From assembly GCA_963738505.1 (NCBI GenBank), contig CAVTWR010000002.1, positions 20,278-84,277 on the forward strand: a stretch of DNA of 64,000 nt, in the 5' to 3' direction. Every line of letters starts with the position of its first letter. Position 1 is the first letter of the stretch. The translations under genes and the position numbers were made by a program. Positions 52,414 to 62,860 of this stretch are shown here, in pieces. The notes under the pieces were generated by a model, which did not search any database, had not been told where the DNA came from, and was given only the letters and a program-made list of their open reading frames with translations. The DNA is from an uncultured Actinomycetes bacterium. Lineage in GTDB: Bacteria > Actinomycetota > Thermoleophilia > Gaiellales > Gaiellaceae.

Positions 52414-55400
52414 TCAGGGTGCGGCGACCTCGACGAGACGGTCGGCCGGCACGTCCTTCAGCCGGCGTTCCCGACCGTCGGGGAAGCGCACGACAAGCTC
52501 CACGACCCGATCCGCGTCGCCCAACCCGAAGTGCAGCCGCGGGTCCTCGGAGGAGAGGTAGCTGCTGCCTGCCTGCACGGTGCGCACGAGCGTCCGTCCG
52601 TCTCGGAGGACGACCGTGGCCTTGGCGCCGGGCGCGAAGCGCTCGAACGCGACCTCCAGCCAGTGCCCCGAGACGTCGGTCGTGGCGATGTTGCGCAGCA
52701 GGACGACGCGGCCGCCGATCGTGTTGACGGCCAGGTCGACCCGGCCGTCGTTGTCGAAGTCCGCGGCCGCGAGACCGCGTCCGTTGAGTGGGCCGACGCC
52801 GTTGACCGCTGCGCTGGATACCAGGAACCCGGAGGGGCTGCCAACGATCCCGCCCAGCACCTGGATCGGCTGTGCCTGGCCCTTCGCGTCGCGGATCGGG
52901 ATCAGGCCCGTGGCGAAGACCAGATCCAGACGGCCGTCGAGATCGAGATCGGCGGCGCTCGAGCCCCAGCCGGCGAGGCGGGTGCCCAGCAGCTCGGCGA
53001 AGGCAGGGCGCGCGTCGGCGTAGAGGCCGGCACCCATGGCGCCGGTCACGCTCGTAAACGCTGCGTGCCGCTGCCTGCGGTTGTTCGTGACGAACAGATC
53101 CGGCAGTCCGTCGCCGGTCCAGTCGGCCGCCGCGATGCCCATGCCCGCGTGCGGATCGTCGACCCCCTCGGCGCGACCGCGCTCGCGGAAGCGGAAGCCG
53201 AGGCCCTGTGGATCCGCCTTCGCCCCACCCGGCCAGGGCACGTTCACGTAGAGGCGGTTGGGGTCGAGGTCGTTGGCCACGTACAGGTCGGGCCTCGTGT
53301 CGTCGTCCACGTCCACGAACGTGGCGCCCAGCCCGTGGTCGAGGCCGCCGCGCTCGATTCCGGCCGCCGCAGCGACCTCGCGGAAGACCGGCCGGCGGCC
53401 GGTTCCCGGCCCGAGGTTGAGGTAGAGCGCATCCGGCAACGCGCGATGGTCGTCCGGGAAGCCCGCTACCGAGCCCGCGATCGGCGCGCGGATGTCCGTG
53501 TACCCCGAGACGAAGAGATCCGGCCACCCGTTGCCGTCCACATCGGCCACGGCCGCCCCGGCATGCCAACCGGCCACGTCCAGCCCCGCGGCGCGCGATC
53601 CCTCACGGAAACGGCCGTTGCCCTCGTTCCAGAGCAGCGCGTCGAAGGCGGCGCCGGTCACGAAGAGATCGGTGCGCCCATCGAGGTCGAAGTCAGCGGC
53701 CACGCAGCCGTTCGCCCTGATCTGGAGCCCGGCACCCGAGCCGGCCGTGACGTTCTCGAACCGGCCTCCGCTGTTGTGGAACAGCGCGCTGGACGGCAAC
53801 CCGCCGCGCTCCTGGAACCCGGGCACGTCGCTCTCCGCGTACGAGTTGGTCACGAACAGGTCGAGCCAGCCGTCGGCGTCGTAGTCCAGCCAGCACAGCC
53901 CGCCGCCCATCATCGCCGCCGGATCCTGCGACACGCCGAAGCGAAACACACCCTGGCGGAAGTCGAGGCCGATCGCGGCCGCCACGTTCTCGAGACGCAG
54001 ACCCGGCAGTCCGCCGAGCGGCGGTTCGGAAACCGGCGGCTCGGTCACCGGCACAGCCGCCGGTGGAACCGGCGGTTCGCCTGCCGGCGAGGCCGAGACC
54101 GGGAGCAAGCCGCGCAGCTGGACGGGTGTCACCTCGCGTGAGTCCGCGATGCGATAGCCGCCCTCCGTCTCCACGAGCTCGAGGGTCTCGTCCCACGGCA
54201 GCGGAGCCGACCGGGTGTCGATCACCTGCGAGCCGGGAAGGAACCGGACAAGCTCGACGTCTCCCCGCACCCTGGCCACGGCGATCGGCGGGTCCTGGAA
54301 GTCTGCCTTCTCGAGTGAGAGCTCGACCGTTCGCGGCCGGTACACCGGAACCTCGCCGCCGGTCGTGGCCGCACGGCGGGAGGTCACCGAGCGGAGCTCC
54401 AGCACCAGCTGCCGCACAATCGCGCGAGCCTGCCGCATGTCGAGCCCGGAGGCGACGTCGTTCGATCGAACGACGCTCACGCTCGGCAGGCCCAGAGCTC
54501 CCCCGTCAGCCAGTGCCGCAGCCGCGGCGCTCGGGCGAGCCGGCAGGCCCACGACGACGAGCGCGCCGGCCACGGCTGCCACACCCACGCCCGTGCGGGC
54601 GAGGCGGACAGCGGGGCCCTGCCGGCGCCCCGGCGAGCGGTTGCGCCGGCGCTCGCGCACGACCGTGAGCACCGGTCGTGCCGCACAGACAATCGCCAGC
54701 GAACCGAGCACGGCGACCTTGCTCCAGAACTCCCCTGTCAACGGCGCGATCAGGAGCGCCGCCAGCAGGCCGACGCACGCGCCGAACGTGGCGCGTCCAC
54801 GGAAGCCGCCTGGCACCGTCTTCGGGTCGGTGATCATGAAGAAGAGGAAGACGAGGATCTCGGGCGACGAGACGAGCACCCACCAGAAGTGGCCCCCGGT
54901 GATCGGGCCGAGGTGCCAGCGGGCGGTCATCTCGTGCCCCGCCAGGGCGACGACACCGATCGCACCGGCGAACGTCAGCCAGAAGGACGCGGCGATCACG
55001 AACAGGTGCAGGCGGAGGAGGATCGCGAACCCACCCGCCACGATCACGATCAGCGCCAGCGCCATGAACGGGGACATCGGCGCCCACCAGAACTCGAGTG
55101 GATCGACACGCGTCGAACCGAGGGCGAGGAAGCAGATGACGAGCCCGATGTTGGACGGGTTGAACACGTGCTCGCCGCGGAAGCGGATCAGGTGCTTGGA
55201 CAGCAGCGCGAGGGCCGCGGTGCCGGCAAAGATCCACCAGCCATGCAGGCTCCACCAGTCGCCGTGCTCGGTCCCCGGTACGCGGAGGATGAAGGCGACG
55301 CCGTTCCCGGTGAGGAGCGCGCTGGCCGGCCACAGCAGCACGCGCCGGGCGCGGAAGGCGATGGCCACCTCGAGCACCGCGCAGGTACCGAGTGAGATCA

Positions 55401-55578
55401 GGAGCTGGGCGATCGAGAGCCGGAACTCGAACGCGACCTGCCCGAGCACCTGGAGCGAGGTGATCACGGCCGCGAGGTGCAACCGCGGATCACGGAGCGA
55501 CGGGAGCAGCACGGGATAGGTGGTGCCACCGATACGCACCGTTGGCGGGCCGCCGAGTACGAAAGCTGGCGCGCTCAT
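52414..55578 (-). CDS. Fusion of an RnfD/NqrB(UnbU)-like membrane domain with FG-GAP repeats and an ASPIC/UnbV domain (CRTAC1-like)
   Basis: N-terminal ~10 TM region with HVFNPSN and FFMITDPKT; repeated DxDxDGxxDL motifs; C-terminal GSSYLSSEDPRLHFGLG. Confidence 0.85.
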   Translation of the reverse strand: MSAPAFVLGGPPTVRIGGTTYPVLLPSLRDPRLHLAAVITSLQVLGQVAFEFRLSIAQLLISLGTCAVLEVAIAFRARRVLLWPASALLTGNGVAFILRVPGTEHGDWWSLHGWWIFAGTAALALLSKHLIRFRGEHVFNPSNIGLVICFLALGSTRVDPLEFWWAPMSPFMALALIVIVAGGFAILLRLHLFVIAASFWLTFAGAIGVVALAGHEMTARWHLGPITGGHFWWVLVSSPEILVFLFFMITDPKTVPGGFRGRATFGACVGLLAALLIAPLTGEFWSKVAVLGSLAIVCAARPVLTVVRERRRNRSPGRRQGPAVRLARTGVGVAAVAGALVVVGLPARPSAAAAALADGGALGLPSVSVVRSNDVASGLDMRQARAIVRQLVLELRSVTSRRAATTGGEVPVYRPRTVELSLEKADFQDPPIAVARVRGDVELVRFLPGSQVIDTRSAPLPWDETLELVETEGGYRIADSREVTPVQLRGLLPVSASPAGEPPVPPAAVPVTEPPVSEPPLGGLPGLRLENVAAAIGLDFRQGVFRFGVSQDPAAMMGGGLCWLDYDADGWLDLFVTNSYAESDVPGFQERGGLPSSALFHNSGGRFENVTAGSGAGLQIRANGCVAADFDLDGRTDLFVTGAAFDALLWNEGNGRFREGSRAAGLDVAGWHAGAAVADVDGNGWPDLFVSGYTDIRAPIAGSVAGFPDDHRALPDALYLNLGPGTGRRPVFREVAAAAGIERGGLDHGLGATFVDVDDDTRPDLYVANDLDPNRLYVNVPWPGGAKADPQGLGFRFRERGRAEGVDDPHAGMGIAAADWTGDGLPDLFVTNNRRQRHAAFTSVTGAMGAGLYADARPAFAELLGTRLAGWGSSAADLDLDGRLDLVFATGLIPIRDAKGQAQPIQVLGGIVGSPSGFLVSSAAVNGVGPLNGRGLAAADFDNDGRVDLAVNTIGGRVVLLRNIATTDVSGHWLEVAFERFAPGAKATVVLRDGRTLVRTVQAGSSYLSSEDPRLHFGLGDADRVVELVVRFPDGRERRLKDVPADRLVEVAAP

Positions 55579-55697
55579 GGCCCCACCAATGGTAGACGCG
55601 ACCGCACGCGCGACACGGGCTCGGGGGGAACTACCGAGAGCTCATGCGGGACTTTGCAGAGGCGATGAGCGGGCAGAGCCTTGAGGTTTGTCGGAAG

Positions 55698-58600
55698 ATG
55701 GGTGACGCGCTCTCCCGATCGGCCCTGCTCCAGAGAGCCTTCGCGGTCGGTGGCGCCGTGGCCCTCGGCGAGGCCCTCGGCCCGGCTCGCTTCCTCTCGG
55801 CGGCCTCGGCGCAGAACGACGCCCAGGCCGCCTTCATCCCCGGGAACCCGCTCACTCAGATGCCGCCGCGCGATTGGGAGCAGATCTACCGCAACCAGTA
55901 CGAGGACGACTCCAGCTTCGTCTTCACCTGCGCGCCCAACGACACGCACAACTGCCTGTTGCGGGCGCATGTCAAGAACGGCGTCGTCGTCCGGATCAGC
56001 CCCACGTACGGCTATGGGAAGGCGACCGACCTCTACGGCAACCAGGCCTCGCACCGCTGGGACCCCAGAATCTGCCAGAAGGGATTGATCCTCAGCCGGC
56101 GCTTCTACGGCGACCGGCGGGTGAAGGCCCCGATGATCCGCAAGGGCTTCAAGGCCTGGGCCGAGGCCGGATTCCCCCGTGAGGCCGACGGCACACCGAA
56201 GTCCGAGCTCGAACGCCGCGGCAGCGACGACTGGATCAAGATCTCCTGGGAGGAGGCGACGACGATCGCCGCCCGCACCCTCGACAACGTCGCACGCACG
56301 TGGGGCGGCGAGGAGGGGGCCGCCCTGCTGCTCGGGCAGGGCTACGACGCAGAGATGGTCGAGGCCATGCACGGCGCGGGCGTGCAGGCGATCAAGATGC
56401 GCGGCGGCATGCCGCTCCTCGGCGTGGGACGGATCTTCGGGTTCTACCGCTTCGCAAACATGCTGGCCCTGCTCGACGCCAAGGTACGCCCGGAGGCGAC
56501 ACCCGAGGAGATCGTGGGCAGCCGTGCCTTCGACAACTACGCCTGGCACACCGACCTGCCTCCCGGCCATCCCATGGTCACCGGCTCGCAGACGGTGGAC
56601 TTCGACCTGTTCGCCGCCGAGCACACCGACTTGCTGGTGATCATCGGCATGAACTGGATCTGCACGAAGATGCCGGACGGGCACTGGATCGGGGACGCCC
56701 GTCTCAAGGGCACCCGCGTCGTCGTGATCAGCGCGGACTACATGCCGACCGCGAACAAGGCGGACGAGGTCGTGATCCTCCGCGCCGGCACCGACACGGC
56801 CTTCCTGCTCGGGGTCGCGCGCGAGCTGATGGCCAAGAACCTCTACGACCGCGAGGCGGTCGTCGAGCGCACCGATCTGCCGCTGCTCGTCCGGCTCGAT
56901 ACCGGTGAGCGCCTCGACGCGCGGGATGTCTTCGCGGGCCACAGCCTCGCCGAGTTGGAGAACACCATCCTGCTGAAGCCGGCCGAGGCGATCGCGACCG
57001 ACCCACCGCCGCCTCCGTTCACCGTCGGCAAGCAGATCGTGCCGACGGAGCTCAGGGAGAAGTGGGGCGATTTCGTGTTCTGGGACCGCGCCACGAATGG
57101 CCCCAGGGCCGTCTCGCGAGACGAGGTCGGAGCCCGCTTCACCGGTGACCCGGCGCTGCTCGGCGAGTTCGAGGTCGAGCTGCTGGACGGCTCGAAGGTC
57201 ACCGTGCGCCCGGCGTTCGACCTGCTCAAGGAGTACCTGGACGAGAGCTTCGACCTCCAGACCACCTCCGAGGTCTGCCGCGTCCCGCCCGCCGCCATCC
57301 AGAGCCTGGCCCGCCAGCTCTCCGAACACAAGGGGAAGTCGCTGCTCGCCGCCGGCATGGGGCCGAACCACTACTTCAACAACGACCTCTTCGGCCGCGT
57401 CCACTTCCTCGTCGCCGCGCTCACCGACAACATCGGCCACATCGGCGGCAACGTCGGCAGCTTCGCCGGCAACTACCGCGGCTCGCTCTTCCAGGCCATG
57501 CCGCAGTGGATCCTCGAGAACCCATTCGACATCGAGAGCGACCTGAGCAAGCCGGCGCGGGTCAAGAAGTACTACAAGGCCGAATCGGCCCACTACTGGA
57601 ACTACGGAGAGCGGCCGCTGAAGTCTCCCAAGGAGACGATCACCGGGAAGAGCCACCTCCCCACGCCCACCAAGCTCATCTGGTTCGGCAACTCCAACTC
57701 CCTGCTCGGCAACGCCAAGTGGTCGTACGACGTGGTCGCCAACACCCTGCCACGACAGGATGCGATCTTCTGCAACGAATGGCACTGGACGAGCTCGTGC
57801 GAGTACGCCGACCTCGTCTTCCCGGCCGACTCCTGGGCCGAGTTCAAGCTGGCCGACATGACCGCCAGCTGCACGAACCCCTTCCTGCTCGCGTTCCCCA
57901 CGACGCCCCTCGAGCGCATCCACGACACGCGCTCCGACTACGAGATCCTGGCCCTCACCGCCGAGGCGCTGGGGAAGGAGATCGGCGAGCCGAGGATGGC
58001 CGCCTACTGGCGCGGCGTCCTCGACGGCGACCCGTCGCCCTACCTGCAGCGCATCCTGGGCGGCTCGAATGCGACCCGCGGGGTGAAGTTCGAGGATCTG
58101 CACGCCTCCTCGAGTGAGGGCATCCCACTGCTGATGAACACGCGCACCTACCCACGCGCGGCCGGCTGGGAGCAACGGCAGGAGGACCGGCCATGGTGGA
58201 CGCCCACGGGCAGGCTCGAGTTCTACCGGCCCGAACGCGAGTTCCAGGAGGCGGGCGAATCGCTGCCAGTGTGGCGCGAACCGGTCGACGCGACGTTCTA
58301 CGAGCCGAACGCGATCCTCTCCAACAAGGCCCATCCGTCGATCGAGCCGCGTTCGCCCGAGAGCTACGGCGTCCCGGAATCGCAACAGGACGCGGAGACA
58401 CGCCAGTACCGGAACGTGGTGCGCACCTGGGCCGAGCTGCGCGCCACGAGGCATCCGCTGACCGAGCAGGACCCGGCGTTCCGCTTCGTCTTCCAGACAC
58501 CGAAGTACCGCTGGGGAGCACACTCCACGGCGGTCGACGCCGACTGGATCGCCATGCTCTTCGGTCCCTTCGGTGACCCGTACCGACGCGACCCCCGCTC

Positions 58601-59213
58601 CCCGTGGACGGGGGAGGCCTACTGCGAGATGCATCCCGCCGATGCGCTCGAGCTCGGCCTCGGCGACGGCGACTACGCGTGGATCGACGCCGATCCCGAG
58701 GACCGGCCCTACCGCGACTGGAAAGAGGACGACCCGTACTACGAGGTGGCCCGCGCCATGATGCGGGTGCGGGTCTTCCCCGGCATGACGCGCGGCCTCG
58801 TGCGGACGTGGTTCAACATGTACGCCGCGACCCCGGGTACCGTGGCCGCGCAGAAGCTCGCGGACGGGAACGCCGCGCAGAACCCCGCCACCCGCTACGT
58901 CTCGCTCTTCCGCCACGGCAGCCACCAGTCGGGCACGCGCGCCTGGTTGCGTCCGACACAGATGACCGAGACGCTCACGCGCAAGGCGTACTTCGGTCAG
59001 GTCATCGGCGAGGGGTTCGAAGCTGACGTGCACTCCGTCTCCGGCGCGCCGAAGGAGGCGTTCGTGAAGATCGAGCGCGCCGAGGCGGCAACACCGGACG
59101 GCGACGGGATCTGGCGGCCGGTGACGCTGGGCCTCCGGCCCGGTGCGCCCTCCGACGCGTTCGCGGCGTACCTGGACGGCCGCTACGTGAACCTGAGCAA
59201 GGCCGGCGGATGA
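55698..59213 (+). CDS. Type II DMSO-reductase-family molybdoenzyme, Nitrospira/anammox-type NxrA-like (nitrite oxidoreductase/nitrate reductase alpha)
   Basis: FS0 motif C-x3-D-x3-C-x39-C (CAPNDTHNC...RIC), Mo-ligand region [22 protein letters not shown]; Tat-like leader. Confidence 0.88.
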   Translation: MGDALSRSALLQRAFAVGGAVALGEALGPARFLSAASAQNDAQAAFIPGNPLTQMPPRDWEQIYRNQYEDDSSFVFTCAPNDTHNCLLRAHVKNGVVVRISPTYGYGKATDLYGNQASHRWDPRICQKGLILSRRFYGDRRVKAPMIRKGFKAWAEAGFPREADGTPKSELERRGSDDWIKISWEEATTIAARTLDNVARTWGGEEGAALLLGQGYDAEMVEAMHGAGVQAIKMRGGMPLLGVGRIFGFYRFANMLALLDAKVRPEATPEEIVGSRAFDNYAWHTDLPPGHPMVTGSQTVDFDLFAAEHTDLLVIIGMNWICTKMPDGHWIGDARLKGTRVVVISADYMPTANKADEVVILRAGTDTAFLLGVARELMAKNLYDREAVVERTDLPLLVRLDTGERLDARDVFAGHSLAELENTILLKPAEAIATDPPPPPFTVGKQIVPTELREKWGDFVFWDRATNGPRAVSRDEVGARFTGDPALLGEFEVELLDGSKVTVRPAFDLLKEYLDESFDLQTTSEVCRVPPAAIQSLARQLSEHKGKSLLAAGMGPNHYFNNDLFGRVHFLVAALTDNIGHIGGNVGSFAGNYRGSLFQAMPQWILENPFDIESDLSKPARVKKYYKAESAHYWNYGERPLKSPKETITGKSHLPTPTKLIWFGNSNSLLGNAKWSYDVVANTLPRQDAIFCNEWHWTSSCEYADLVFPADSWAEFKLADMTASCTNPFLLAFPTTPLERIHDTRSDYEILALTAEALGKEIGEPRMAAYWRGVLDGDPSPYLQRILGGSNATRGVKFEDLHASSSEGIPLLMNTRTYPRAAGWEQRQEDRPWWTPTGRLEFYRPEREFQEAGESLPVWREPVDATFYEPNAILSNKAHPSIEPRSPESYGVPESQQDAETRQYRNVVRTWAELRATRHPLTEQDPAFRFVFQTPKYRWGAHSTAVDADWIAMLFGPFGDPYRRDPRSPWTGEAYCEMHPADALELGLGDGDYAWIDADPEDRPYRDWKEDDPYYEVARAMMRVRVFPGMTRGLVRTWFNMYAATPGTVAAQKLADGNAAQNPATRYVSLFRHGSHQSGTRAWLRPTQMTETLTRKAYFGQVIGEGFEADVHSVSGAPKEAFVKIERAEAATPDGDGIWRPVTLGLRPGAPSDAFAAYLDGRYVNLSKAGG

Positions 59214-60361
59214 GCCCCAAGGTCGACAACTGGCAGCTCGGCCGCGAGATGGACTACCCGTTCGAGGGCGCCAGGCCCGAGAAGCAGTTCTGCATGATCA
59301 TGGACACCAACAAGTGCATTGCCTGCCAGAGCTGCACGATCGCCTGCAAGAGCACCTGGACCTGGGGCAAGGGACAGGAGTACATGCTCTGGAACAACAT
59401 CGAGACGAAGCCGTTCGGCTTCTACCCGACCGGCTGGGACGTGAACGTCCTCGAGTTGCTCACGGAGCAGACCTGGGAGGGCGAGCGCTACACGGGGCAG
59501 ACCCTGTACGAAGCGGCACCCGCCGGCGAGCGGGTGCTGGGCTGGGCACCGGCGGAGGAGGACTGGAACCATCCGAACCTCGGTGAGGACGAGCCGACCG
59601 GCGACGCGGACACCGTCCCGTATATGGAGGACGCCCCGCACTCGATGATGTGGATGTACTACCTGCAGCGCATCTGCAACCACTGCACCTACCCGGCCTG
59701 CGTGGCGGCCTGCCCGCGCGAGGCCATCTACAAGCGCCCCGAAGACGGGATCGTGCTCGTCGACCAGGAGCGCTGCCGCGGCTACCAGGAGTGCCTCACC
59801 GCGTGCCCCTACAAGAAGACGATGTTCAACCTCGAGACGCGGGTCTCCGAGAAATGCATCGGCTGCTACCCCAAGCTCGAGCAAGGGCTGCAGACGCAGT
59901 GCACCACGTCCTGCATCGGGCGCCTGCGCCTGACCAACTACCTTTCCGCGCCGGACGCCGTCGATCCGCGCAAGCCTGCGGACTTCCTCGTGCACGTGAA
60001 GAAGATCGCGCTGCCGCTCTACCCCCAGCTCGGGCTCGAGCCGAACGTCTACTACGTACCGCCGGTGCACGTGCCGGTGGACTACCTGACGCAGATGTTC
60101 GGGCCGGGCGTGGAGGCAGCGATCGAGACGTATCGCGCCGCCAAGGACGATCCGGAGCTGCTCGGGCTGCTGCTGCTCTTCGGCTCCACCGAGCGGATCA
60201 TCGACACCTTCGACGTCAAGCGGGGCGTGGCCCGAGGCTACGACGAGGAGGGGCAGGAGATCGTCGCCGTCCCGCTCCGCGAGCCGACCTTCGTGCGCCC
60301 CTTCGAGTTCGCCACCGAGATCGCGGGGGAGCCCGCCACGGGCTTCCGGCACAACACGTGA
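59210..60361 (+). CDS. Fe-S subunit, NxrB/NarH-like
   Basis: [48 protein letters not shown] and CIGCYP...CIGR. Confidence 0.9.
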   Translation: MSPKVDNWQLGREMDYPFEGARPEKQFCMIMDTNKCIACQSCTIACKSTWTWGKGQEYMLWNNIETKPFGFYPTGWDVNVLELLTEQTWEGERYTGQTLYEAAPAGERVLGWAPAEEDWNHPNLGEDEPTGDADTVPYMEDAPHSMMWMYYLQRICNHCTYPACVAACPREAIYKRPEDGIVLVDQERCRGYQECLTACPYKKTMFNLETRVSEKCIGCYPKLEQGLQTQCTTSCIGRLRLTNYLSAPDAVDPRKPADFLVHVKKIALPLYPQLGLEPNVYYVPPVHVPVDYLTQMFGPGVEAAIETYRAAKDDPELLGLLLLFGSTERIIDTFDVKRGVARGYDEEGQEIVAVPLREPTFVRPFEFATEIAGEPATGFRHNT

Positions 60362-60369
60362 GTGACCCC

Positions 60370-61275
60370 ATGAGCCTCGACGAACGGACGATCACACGAA
60401 AGGATGCGCTCCTCGCCGCCGGCGCGGTGGGGGCCGTGGGAGCGGCAGCCGTGGGTGCCGCCGGCGTGATCGGCCTCGCACGGGGAGAGCAGAAGTCGTC
60501 GAGCGGAACGGTTGTGCGCGCCGCGCGCGTGGCCCGCGCCCCGGTCGTGGACCCGTCGGCGAGCGTCTGGGAGGCGACGCCGGAGACCGTGCTGCCCCTC
60601 CTCGCGCAGAGAGTTGCGCCGCCCGTGCTCGACACGCTCGGTGTGGCCGAGATCCGTGTCCGAGCCCTGCACGACGGCCGCCGGCTGGCCATCCGTGTGC
60701 GCTGGGAGGACGCGACGGTCGACGATCTCGACGGAGTCGGCCGCTACCACGACGCGGTGGCGATGATGCTGCCCACGAGCAGCGGCGCCGCGCCGGCGAT
60801 CACGATGGGTGCGGTGGGGAGCCCTGTTCAGATCGTCCAGTGGCGCGCCACGTGGGAACGCGATCTCGCCGGCAAGACAGGCGTCGACCAGATCTATCCG
60901 CGCGTCGTGCACGACGTCATGCCCGACGACGTGCTCCCCGAGCGCTCGGCCGCCCTGTACTGGGTCGGCCGCGCTGCCGGCAACCCGCTCTCGCAGGTCG
61001 AGCGCACCTCGCCCGTCGAGCAGGTGGTGGCGGAGGGCTTCGGGACGACCACCCACGCAAGCCGCCAGGATGTGGTCGGCCGCGGGATCAACGACGGATC
61101 GACCTGGACGGTCGTTCTCGGCTGCCCGCTCGAGCGGGCGGGAATCGGCGAAGCGCTCACTCCTGGATCGACCTGGCCTGTGGCCTTCGCCGTGTGGCTC
61201 GGCGATCAGAGCAACCGTGGGGGAAGGAAGCACTACGTCGACTGGGCGCAGCTCTCACTCGAGGCGACGTCGTGA
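60370..61275 (+). CDS. Heme-b DOMON (ethylbenzene dehydrogenase gamma / NxrC-like) subunit
   Basis: RALHDG...RWED, DAVAM, ITMG, AEGFGT, AFAVWLG and RGGRK; N-terminal anchor. Alternative GTG start at 60358. Confidence 0.85.
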   Translation: MSLDERTITRKDALLAAGAVGAVGAAAVGAAGVIGLARGEQKSSSGTVVRAARVARAPVVDPSASVWEATPETVLPLLAQRVAPPVLDTLGVAEIRVRALHDGRRLAIRVRWEDATVDDLDGVGRYHDAVAMMLPTSSGAAPAITMGAVGSPVQIVQWRATWERDLAGKTGVDQIYPRVVHDVMPDDVLPERSAALYWVGRAAGNPLSQVERTSPVEQVVAEGFGTTTHASRQDVVGRGINDGSTWTVVLGCPLERAGIGEALTPGSTWPVAFAVWLGDQSNRGGRKHYVDWAQLSLEATS

Positions 61276-61997
61276 CCGCAGCTGCGCCGGCTCGGGACGT
61301 CGTCACCGTCGGGCTCTGGCGCCTGCTGTCGCTGGCGCTCTCGACACTTTCGCAAGACACGCTCGAGGAGGCGCACGAGCTCGCGAGAGCACTGACGCCT
61401 CTCACCTCGAGCCCGGAGCTCGAGTCGTTCGCGGACGCGTGCGAGCGCTCGAGTGCGGAGACGCTGCTCGCCGCCCAGGCCCGGCTCTTCGCTGGCAAGA
61501 CGGCCGTCTCACCCTGCGAGGGAAGCTACGAGGACGACCCGTTCCGCCAGGCCCGCCAGATGGCCGACATCGCCGGCTTCTACCGCGCCTTCGGTGCGGA
61601 ACCTCATGGTCCGATGCATGAGCGGCCAGACCATGCAGGCTGCGAGCTCGAGTTCCTGGCCTACCTCGGTGCGCGCCGCGTCGACGCTGCGGCCGCCGGG
61701 GACGACGAGCAGTCGAGGGCATGTGAGGAAGCGGAGCGCGCGTTTCTCCGCGAGCACGCCGGCCGCTGGCTGCCGGCGTTCTTTCGGGCGGTCGGGCGGG
61801 AGGCGGAGGACGGCTTCCACCGGACGCTCGGGGCTCTCGGCGCGCGTGTGGTGGAAGAGGAGCTCGCCCGCCGCGGCCTCCAGGCGGACAGTGCCGCGCC
61901 CCGCACCCGGAGGCTCGAGGTGGAGGAGGACGAGATCGTCTGTGGCGGCGACGCCATGAACCGCATCCTCACCCGGCATCGCGCCGGTCGTCGGTGA
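61272..61997 (+). CDS. TorD/DmsD-family chaperone (NxrD-like)
   Basis: PCEGSY, DIAGFYRAFG, ERPDHAGCELEFL and FLREHAGRW motifs. Confidence 0.88.
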   Translation: MTAAAPARDVVTVGLWRLLSLALSTLSQDTLEEAHELARALTPLTSSPELESFADACERSSAETLLAAQARLFAGKTAVSPCEGSYEDDPFRQARQMADIAGFYRAFGAEPHGPMHERPDHAGCELEFLAYLGARRVDAAAAGDDEQSRACEEAERAFLREHAGRWLPAFFRAVGREAEDGFHRTLGALGARVVEEELARRGLQADSAAPRTRRLEVEEDEIVCGGDAMNRILTRHRAGRR

Positions 61998-62059
61998 CGT
62001 CGCATACGTGATGTCGTAGGCTCGCAGCAGCGCGCCGACAACCAAGGCCGGGAGGAGCG

Positions 62060-62848
62060 ATGAGAGGTCTCGAAGGGCGGGTCGTGATCGTCACGGGTGG
62101 CTCCACCCTGATCGGGCGTGCGGTCGTGCGGGAGCTCCACGATCGCGGGATGTATGTGATGGTGGCCGACATCGATGAGGCGCCCGGCGCCGCGCTCGCC
62201 ACGGAGCTCGGCGACCGCGTCCGCTTCCGGCGGACGGACATCACGCAGGACGCGGAGCTCGCAGCGTGTGTGGCCGGGGCGGTCGAGGCCTTCGGCGGGA
62301 TCGACGCGGTCGTCAACCTCGCCTGTTCCTACCTCGACGAGGGGTTCGCCTCCCCGCGGGCCGACTGGCTGGCGGCTCTCGACGTGAACGTGGTGAGCGC
62401 TGTGATGACCGTCAAGGCCGCCCATCCGCACCTCAAGGCGAGCCGTGGCGCCGCCGTGGTCAACTTCGCCTCGATCTCCGCGGACGTGGCGCAAACCGGG
62501 CGCTGGCTCTACCCGGTGAGCAAGGCGGCGATCGTCCAGCTCACGCGCAACATGGCCATGGATCTGGCACCGGACGGAATCCGCGTCAACGCCGTCTCCC
62601 CGGGTTGGACGTGGTCGAAGGTGATGGACGAGCTGACCTCTGGCGACCGTGCCAAGACCGACCGCGTGGCGGCACCGTTCCATCTGCTTCGACGCGTGGG
62701 GGACCCCGAGGAGGTTGCACGGGTCGTGGCCTTTCTGCTCTCCGACGACGCCAGCTTCGTCACCGGCGCCGACTGGGCGGTCGACGGCGGCTATTCGGCG
62801 ATGGGCCCCGAGCAGGCGGCACCTGCGATTCCCCTTCTGATGGACTGA
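62060..62848 (+). CDS. SDR oxidoreductase, IifB-like (indole pathway)
   Basis: TGGSTLIG, AQTGRWLYPVSKAA and SPGWTWS; adjacent to the monooxygenase gene. Confidence 0.85.
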   Translation: MRGLEGRVVIVTGGSTLIGRAVVRELHDRGMYVMVADIDEAPGAALATELGDRVRFRRTDITQDAELAACVAGAVEAFGGIDAVVNLACSYLDEGFASPRADWLAALDVNVVSAVMTVKAAHPHLKASRGAAVVNFASISADVAQTGRWLYPVSKAAIVQLTRNMAMDLAPDGIRVNAVSPGWTWSKVMDELTSGDRAKTDRVAAPFHLLRRVGDPEEVARVVAFLLSDDASFVTGADWAVDGGYSAMGPEQAAPAIPLLMD

Positions 62849-62860
62849 GAGGAGCTCGAG

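Noticed and set aside
52414-55578. Enediyne biosynthetic cluster
   Set aside because: No enediyne PKS or thioesterase in the window.
55575-59033. Long antisense ORFs (e.g. 1152 aa here, also 27523-29682 and 5065-6726)
   Set aside because: Shadow frames of real high-GC genes with no motifs of their own.
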